IMG/VR virus record: IMGVR_UViG_3300035670_000569 | Span: 1-39,314 of that record | Strand: one strand, 5' to 3' | Source: a virus | Taxonomy: Duplodnaviria > Caudoviricetes | Length of the DNA: 39,314 nucleotides | Part shown: piece after piece, positions 35,504 through 39,314 of the stretch | Layout of the letters: every line of letters starts with the position of its first letter | Position numbering within the stretch: the first letter of the stretch is position 1 | The notes under the pieces: generated by a model | What the model was told of the DNA's origin: nothing | Seen by the model: only the letters and a program-made list of their open reading frames with translations | Database searches by the model: none | Made by a program: the position numbers and the translations under genes

Positions 35504-35904
35504 GTTGTCGGTCCTTTCAGGGCGAGGCGCAAATCATAGGCGAGCGCATGTTGGTGTTCCGAGCAGCCAGTCATCTCGACACCATCTTCGTCTGCTTCGT
35601 CTTTCAGATAGTTCTCGTAATAGACGCGCGCCGCTGTCTCGATGCGCTCCAACTCCCGCACCCTCGCCACCAGCTCAGGCAGCGCGTTGATCGCGGCGAC
35701 GATAAGGGCGGCGTTGGCTTCGTAGTTGGGAACCATCAGCGGCTTAACGCTTGCGTACTGAGCGGGCTCCCCCATCAAGCAAACATCGATCGGTGCGCCG
35801 TATGGCTTCGATTTGTGCGTTATGCCTATGCCGTCAATTTCCCACGGCCCCGGCGTCGCCGCCTTGAGCAGCCGTTCCAGTTCTTCCAGCTTGTCAGCGT
35901 CCAT
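35500..35904 (-). CDS. Ead/Ea22-like protein
   Basis: LEELERLLKAATPGPW...NAALIVAAINALPELVARVRELE. Confidence 0.7.
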   Translation of the reverse strand: MDADKLEELERLLKAATPGPWEIDGIGITHKSKPYGAPIDVCLMGEPAQYASVKPLMVPNYEANAALIVAAINALPELVARVRELERIETAARVYYENYLKDEADEDGVEMTGCSEHQHALAYDLRLALKGPTT

Positions 35905-36046
35905 CGTTTTCGTCCTCCACTTCCTTCGCTCTCTCGATCGCCCGCAGGCACTCGTCGCTCATCTCCACGCACCGCGCCTCGATGGGGCGAAGCTCGCGCA
36001 GCAGGGCTTCCAGGCGCTCGCGTTCGTGGTGTTGAATGATGGTCAT
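35894..36046 (-). CDS. Hypothetical 50-aa protein (MTIIQHHERERLEALL...)
   Basis: Translated by hand; GAGGT RBS, ATGA coupling. Confidence 0.55.
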   Translation of the reverse strand: MTIIQHHERERLEALLRELRPIEARCVEMSDECLRAIERAKEVEDENDGR

Positions 36047-36216
36047 ACCTCAATCCCCGCGCTTTCAAGCAAAGCCTCAACAGCCTCGCCCGGTGTATCC
36101 CCGCCGCCGATTGGCGACTCGGGGCCGTCATAAGATTCAAACGTTGCAATCCAGCGCCAGCCTAGAGGCTCGGGCTTGCCGGTGTGCTGTAGGCGGATGT
36201 CTTCTATGCGGGTCAC
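36043..36216 (-). CDS. Hypothetical protein (WIATFESYDG...PIGGGDTPGEAV)
   Basis: GTGA coupling with the upstream gene; GGAGG RBS. Confidence 0.6.
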   Translation of the reverse strand: MTRIEDIRLQHTGKPEPLGWRWIATFESYDGPESPIGGGDTPGEAVEALLESAGIEV

Positions 36217-36497
36217 GCCTTCCTCCACGCGCAGAACACCGCCCAAGTCGCGCGGCCGGCATCATCGAGCCAGCTCTCGTCAAGCTGATCGTGAGGCCAG
36301 CCGTATTCCTCAAACGCGGCCTCGATCATGTACACCGCCGCAACCGGCAGGGCGTCGCAGGCGAGCTGGAGGGCTTTGGCTTGTGCGAGGGTGAAAATCT
36401 CGTTGCAGGCTTTCGCTGCCATGCGGGCGGCGTAGCCCTCAAGGATGCAAGCGTCTTCGTATTCTTGTTCGCTGGAAAAGCCTAATTGATATGACAT
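36213..36497 (-). CDS. Hypothetical protein, first gene of the leftward operon
   Basis: RBS GGGAG before ATG 36497 (MSYQLGF). Confidence 0.65.
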   Translation of the reverse strand: MSYQLGFSSEQEYEDACILEGYAARMAAKACNEIFTLAQAKALQLACDALPVAAVYMIEAAFEEYGWPHDQLDESWLDDAGRATWAVFCAWRKA

Positions 36498-36600
36498 GGT
36501 GTCTCCCGTTTTGATAGACAGACCTTCGCACGTCTTGCGAAACACGTCAACGGCTATTTTCGCATTTGACGCAAACGAAAATCGTGTTACACATCAGGCC
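36498..36600. promoter_or_regulatory. Divergent control region 2
   Basis: Back-to-back TTGACG hexamers (36550-36545 minus, 36566-36571 plus); dyad TTCGCACGTCTTGCGAA (36525-36541). Confidence 0.6.
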
Positions 36601-36801
36601 ATGAAACACATGACCCTTTCCGAATGGTGCGCCCGCGACGGTCGCCACCTGTCTGAAATCGCCGCCGCATTTGGCATTTCCCTCAGCCAGCTTTATCGTT
36701 TGCTGTCAGGTGAGGGAACCCGGCCAGCTACGGCAAAACGCATTCAAACGGCCACAGGCGGCAAAGTCCGCGCGGCTACGTTATTGGGGGTGGAGGTATG
36801 A
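36601..36801 (+). CDS. Second Cro/XRE-like HTH regulator
   Basis: MTLSEW...LSEIAAAFGISLSQLYRLLSG...AKRIQTATGGKV. Confidence 0.8.
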   Translation: MKHMTLSEWCARDGRHLSEIAAAFGISLSQLYRLLSGEGTRPATAKRIQTATGGKVRAATLLGVEV

Positions 36802-37004
36802 GCCAGTTTTACCTTTCCAAAGGCGGAAATTTTACTTGGTCTGATGCGGAGCCTATGGGGGTTTTCGATTTGCCGGGGCCGGTTAAATCGTTTGCTCAAT
36901 TTGAAGGCCGCATTTGGGTGTTGATAGACTATCAGCGTCCCGTATGGCAATTCTGGCGTAAGCAAGGGCTGCATTGGTTTGAAATTACGGCGCTTGTCCC
37001 ATGA
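36798..37004 (+). CDS. Hypothetical protein
   Basis: GGAGGT RBS, ATGA coupling. Confidence 0.6.
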   Translation: MSQFYLSKGGNFTWSDAEPMGVFDLPGPVKSFAQFEGRIWVLIDYQRPVWQFWRKQGLHWFEITALVP

Positions 37005-37138
37005 CCCGCACCTCCGGCCCCTACCGCCGCAAGCCAAAACCAGAGCAAAGCGCTGGATGGGTATTTGTTGCGGTGATGCTTTTGGTTTGGACCGCTGGAG
37101 TTGTTACAGGCATGTCAATTGCCGGAATGGCACAATGA
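37001..37138 (+). CDS. 45-aa single-TM microprotein (MTRTSGPYRRKPK...)
   Basis: Translated by hand; ATGA coupling at both ends. Confidence 0.55.
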   Translation: MTRTSGPYRRKPKPEQSAGWVFVAVMLLVWTAGVVTGMSIAGMAQ

Positions 37139-37251
37139 CCCGCCGCGCCCGCCATATCCCCTCCCGACTTTTCAAGCTGGCATGGTTCCCGCTTGCGGTT
37201 CTGCCGTGGGTGATTGTGGTGGTTGTTGTTAAGGATGCTTTTGGTGGGTAG
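37135..37251 (+). CDS. 38-aa single-TM microprotein (MTRRARHIPSRLFKLAWFPLAVLPWVIVVVVV...)
   Basis: ATGA coupling; hydrophobic core. Confidence 0.55.
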   Translation: MTRRARHIPSRLFKLAWFPLAVLPWVIVVVVVKDAFGG

Positions 37252-37858
37252 GGTTTTGGTTGCCTGTGAATACTCTGGCCGCGTCCGCGATGCGTTTATC
37301 CGCGCCGGGCATGACGCCTGGTCCTGCGATCTGCTGCCGAGCGAGGCTAACCCGCGCCGTCACATCCAAGGCGACGTGCGGCATTTCCTGACCGGCATGG
37401 CCAAGCCTTGGGATTTGCTGATTGCTCACCCTCCCTGCACCCACCTTGCCGTGTCCGGCGCCCGTTGGTTCCACGAGAAGCGGGCAGAGCAGGCAGAGGC
37501 TCTCGCGTTTGTGCGCCTGCTGCTGGATGCGCCTATCCCCCGCATCGCCTTGGAAAACCCCGTTTCGATTATTTCGACTGCGATCCGCAAGCCGACGCAG
37601 ACCATCCAGCCCTGGCAGTTCGGCCACGGCGAAACCAAGGCTACCTGCCTCTGGCTGAAAAACCTGCCGCCTCTGACGCCCACAAACATCGTGGAGGGCA
37701 GGGAAGCCCGCGTTCACCGGATGCCGCCCGGCCCTGACCGCTGGAAAGAGCGCTCGCGCACATTCGAGGGCGTGGCCGCTGCTATGGCAGCCCAGTGGAG
37801 TCCGCTGCTGTCGATGCCCGCTGATCTGTTCAGCACACAGGAAACCGCCAATGGATAA
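37244..37858 (+). CDS. Short phage C5 DNA cytosine methyltransferase-like protein
   Basis: VLVACEYSG, WSCDL, GDV, DLLIAHPPC (PC motif), ALENPV, QPWQFGH. Confidence 0.8.
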   Translation: MGRVLVACEYSGRVRDAFIRAGHDAWSCDLLPSEANPRRHIQGDVRHFLTGMAKPWDLLIAHPPCTHLAVSGARWFHEKRAEQAEALAFVRLLLDAPIPRIALENPVSIISTAIRKPTQTIQPWQFGHGETKATCLWLKNLPPLTPTNIVEGREARVHRMPPGPDRWKERSRTFEGVAAAMAAQWSPLLSMPADLFSTQETANG

Positions 37859-37931
37859 CCTAGACCGCCCATTCCAAATCCTGGCCATCGCCTGCATCAT
37901 TTGTCTGGCGGTGATTTGCCTCGCCAGTTGA
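37851..37931 (+). CDS. 26-aa Cys-rich hydrophobic microprotein MDNLDRPFQILAIACIICLAVICLAS
   Basis: Start overlaps the methyltransferase stop; RBS AGGA. Confidence 0.5.
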   Translation: MDNLDRPFQILAIACIICLAVICLAS

Positions 37932-38292
37932 TAGAACCGTCAAAGCGTCTTGACCCTTGAAAGCCCTTACTTGCTATCGGCTTATACGTCCCGGCTGCTT
38001 TCGCTCTGGCACGTCTGGCCTGTTGTCCGCTCCGCCCGCCCGCGCGATCCGCTTTTGCAGCGTCACGGGCTTCCTGTATGCCCTTCTCGCGGTTGCATGG
38101 CTCACACAACAAGCGGCAATTTGACAGCGTGGATTCGCCGCCAATCGAGACTGGCTTGCAATGGTCGAAGTGCTTTCCGACGCGGTCGCAATCTGGCGCC
38201 TCGCACATGCCCGCGCTGCGCTTCAGCACTTCAGCCTTGATGGCTTTGCTGAAGGGCTTACGGGTGGGGATGTGGTCAGGGCGGCGGGTCAT
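37897..38292 (-). CDS. Zn-binding HNH endonuclease
   Basis: CEAPDC, FDHCKP, GGESTLSNCRLLCEPCNREK. Confidence 0.85.
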   Translation of the reverse strand: MTRRPDHIPTRKPFSKAIKAEVLKRSAGMCEAPDCDRVGKHFDHCKPVSIGGESTLSNCRLLCEPCNREKGIQEARDAAKADRAGGRSGQQARRARAKAAGTYKPIASKGFQGSRRFDGSINWRGKSPPDK

Positions 38293-38579
38293 TTTGCGCC
38301 GCTTAGCGCTCTGCCGTAAAGACGGTAAACCGCCGCTTTTATGTGGCGAATGTCCGCCTTGCTGTGAAGGCTTGCAATTGCTGACGCGCGCGTTTCTGTT
38401 GCCTGCATGTACAGCGTGACACAATACGACATATCGACACCAACGGACGTTCGCTCGTCTATTTTAAGCGCGTCTCCTAACACTCCGACGAATTGAGCAT
38501 CCTTGAGCATGTCGATTCTGAGCGCTATGACTTTTGCCAGCTCAGATGGCTTACCGAAAAACATCACACTTTCTCCCAC
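38289..38579 (-). CDS. Hypothetical protein
   Basis: Fills the gap between ninB and the HNH gene, overlapping both. Confidence 0.55.
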   Translation of the reverse strand: MGESVMFFGKPSELAKVIALRIDMLKDAQFVGVLGDALKIDERTSVGVDMSYCVTLYMQATETRASAIASLHSKADIRHIKAAVYRLYGRALSGAK

Positions 38580-38950
38580 AATTCAACACCGCGCTCGGCG
38601 GCAAATGCCTCTATCAATTCCATCAGGTCAGACATCTCCGCCTTTGACAGCTTCGATGACGACCGGCCAAGCTGGACAAACCCGTTCCCGTGTATGTTTG
38701 GCACAAGGCGAAGCTCCTGGTTTAGCCCCGCCATCATCACCAGCTTCCAGTCATCTGGCGACAGCTTTTGACCATGCCAGCGAAGGCTTACGGAAAGCTG
38801 TGTCAGCATGTGCCACATGCGGTCATTCTGATCCCGTGACCGCTTCGGTTCCTTAATCTCCACCCTCCACCCCAAGGGAACCTTGGCCAGCCATTCGGCT
38901 ACCAAGGCCCTGTCTTTTTCGTTGTAGAGAGTGCGTAGGTAGCGGGACAT
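38564..38950 (-). CDS. ninB: NinB-family recombination protein
   Basis: KRSRDQNDRMW, WHGQKLSPDDWK, SSSKLSKAEMSDLMELIEAFAAERGV. Confidence 0.85.
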   Translation of the reverse strand: MSRYLRTLYNEKDRALVAEWLAKVPLGWRVEIKEPKRSRDQNDRMWHMLTQLSVSLRWHGQKLSPDDWKLVMMAGLNQELRLVPNIHGNGFVQLGRSSSKLSKAEMSDLMELIEAFAAERGVELWEKV

Positions 38951-39314
38951 TAGCGCAGGCTTTCAATCGTCTCGACTTCCACGCCGGGGATCGTGATCGA
39001 ACCCTTGGCAGCGCGGATCGCGGCATTGGCCAGTTTCTCGGCAGCGGCTTGCACGTCCGGGTGATGGCCGTAGTGAAGCACAAGGGCGGCGTAGTCGATG
39101 ACCTTGGCGCGGTATGACTTAACCACACCTGCCGCACGGAACCCCTCAGAGCCTTTCACGGTTGCAGCAACCTTGACAGATGCGGCGGCGACTTCGGCGC
39201 GCTGCTCTGCCAGCTTGGCAGCGTCAACGGCTTCCTCGCCAATCAGCGGATCGCTTGCCAGCACAGCGGCGCGGCGGGCTTCTTCCTCGGCGGCCTTGCG
39301 GGCCTTCTCAGCGG
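38950..39314 (-). CDS. 3' part of the origin-spanning protein that starts at 418
   Basis: Same frame across the repeat; ends ...IPGVEVETIESLR; TAATG-coupled to ninB. Confidence 0.8.
   Translation of the reverse strand, partial: AEKARKAAEEEARRAAVLASDPLIGEEAVDAAKLAEQRAEVAAASVKVAATVKGSEGFRAAGVVKSYRAKVIDYAALVLHYGHHPDVQAAAEKLANAAIRAAKGSITIPGVEVETIESLR
39219..39314. repeat. Terminal direct repeat (right copy)
   Basis: Identical to 1-96. Confidence 0.95.

Noticed and set aside
39219-39314. 96-bp terminal repeat as a biological DTR or att site
   Set aside because: It lies mid-gene and the ORF continues across it; best explained as assembler overlap of a circularly permuted genome.
1-39314. CRISPR array, DGR, retron or alternative genetic code
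   Set aside because: No spaced repeat array, no reverse transcriptase motifs and no TR/VR pair noticed; genes tile compactly under the standard code using all three stop codons.

Overview
Apparently complete, circularly permuted ~39.2-kb tailed phage genome: bases 1-96 are repeated exactly at 39219-39314 and one ORF reads across the junction. The late module has P22-like podovirus order: terS, terL, portal, scaffold, N4-gp56-type major capsid, gp4/gp10/gp26-like tail parts, three ejection proteins, tailspike, then GH24 endolysin with overlapping spanins. The early region has a Rad52/Sak-type annealase, NinB, a lambda-O-like initiator containing iterons, a putative loader, a stand-alone DnaA domain IV protein, a NusG-like antiterminator, a short C5 methyltransferase and three HNH genes. 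I see no integrase, CI repressor, tRNA or CRISPR array. An alphaproteobacterial host is inferred from gene content only. Most notable: (1) an HNH-AP2 gene that starts with the first 11 codons of the gene downstream of it, which has a synonymously recoded copy of the same start; (2) two cis-antisense RNA cassettes of the same architecture, with promoters embedded in the first codons of the genes they would silence; (3) a recurring NAL(A/S) motif in all ejection proteins and the portal; (4) an ART-PolyVal-like ADP-ribosyltransferase module in the 1519-aa ejection protein; (5) a second HNH-AP2 gene with an intact ORF but substituted active-site residues. All family assignments come from motif recognition by eye, not database searches.
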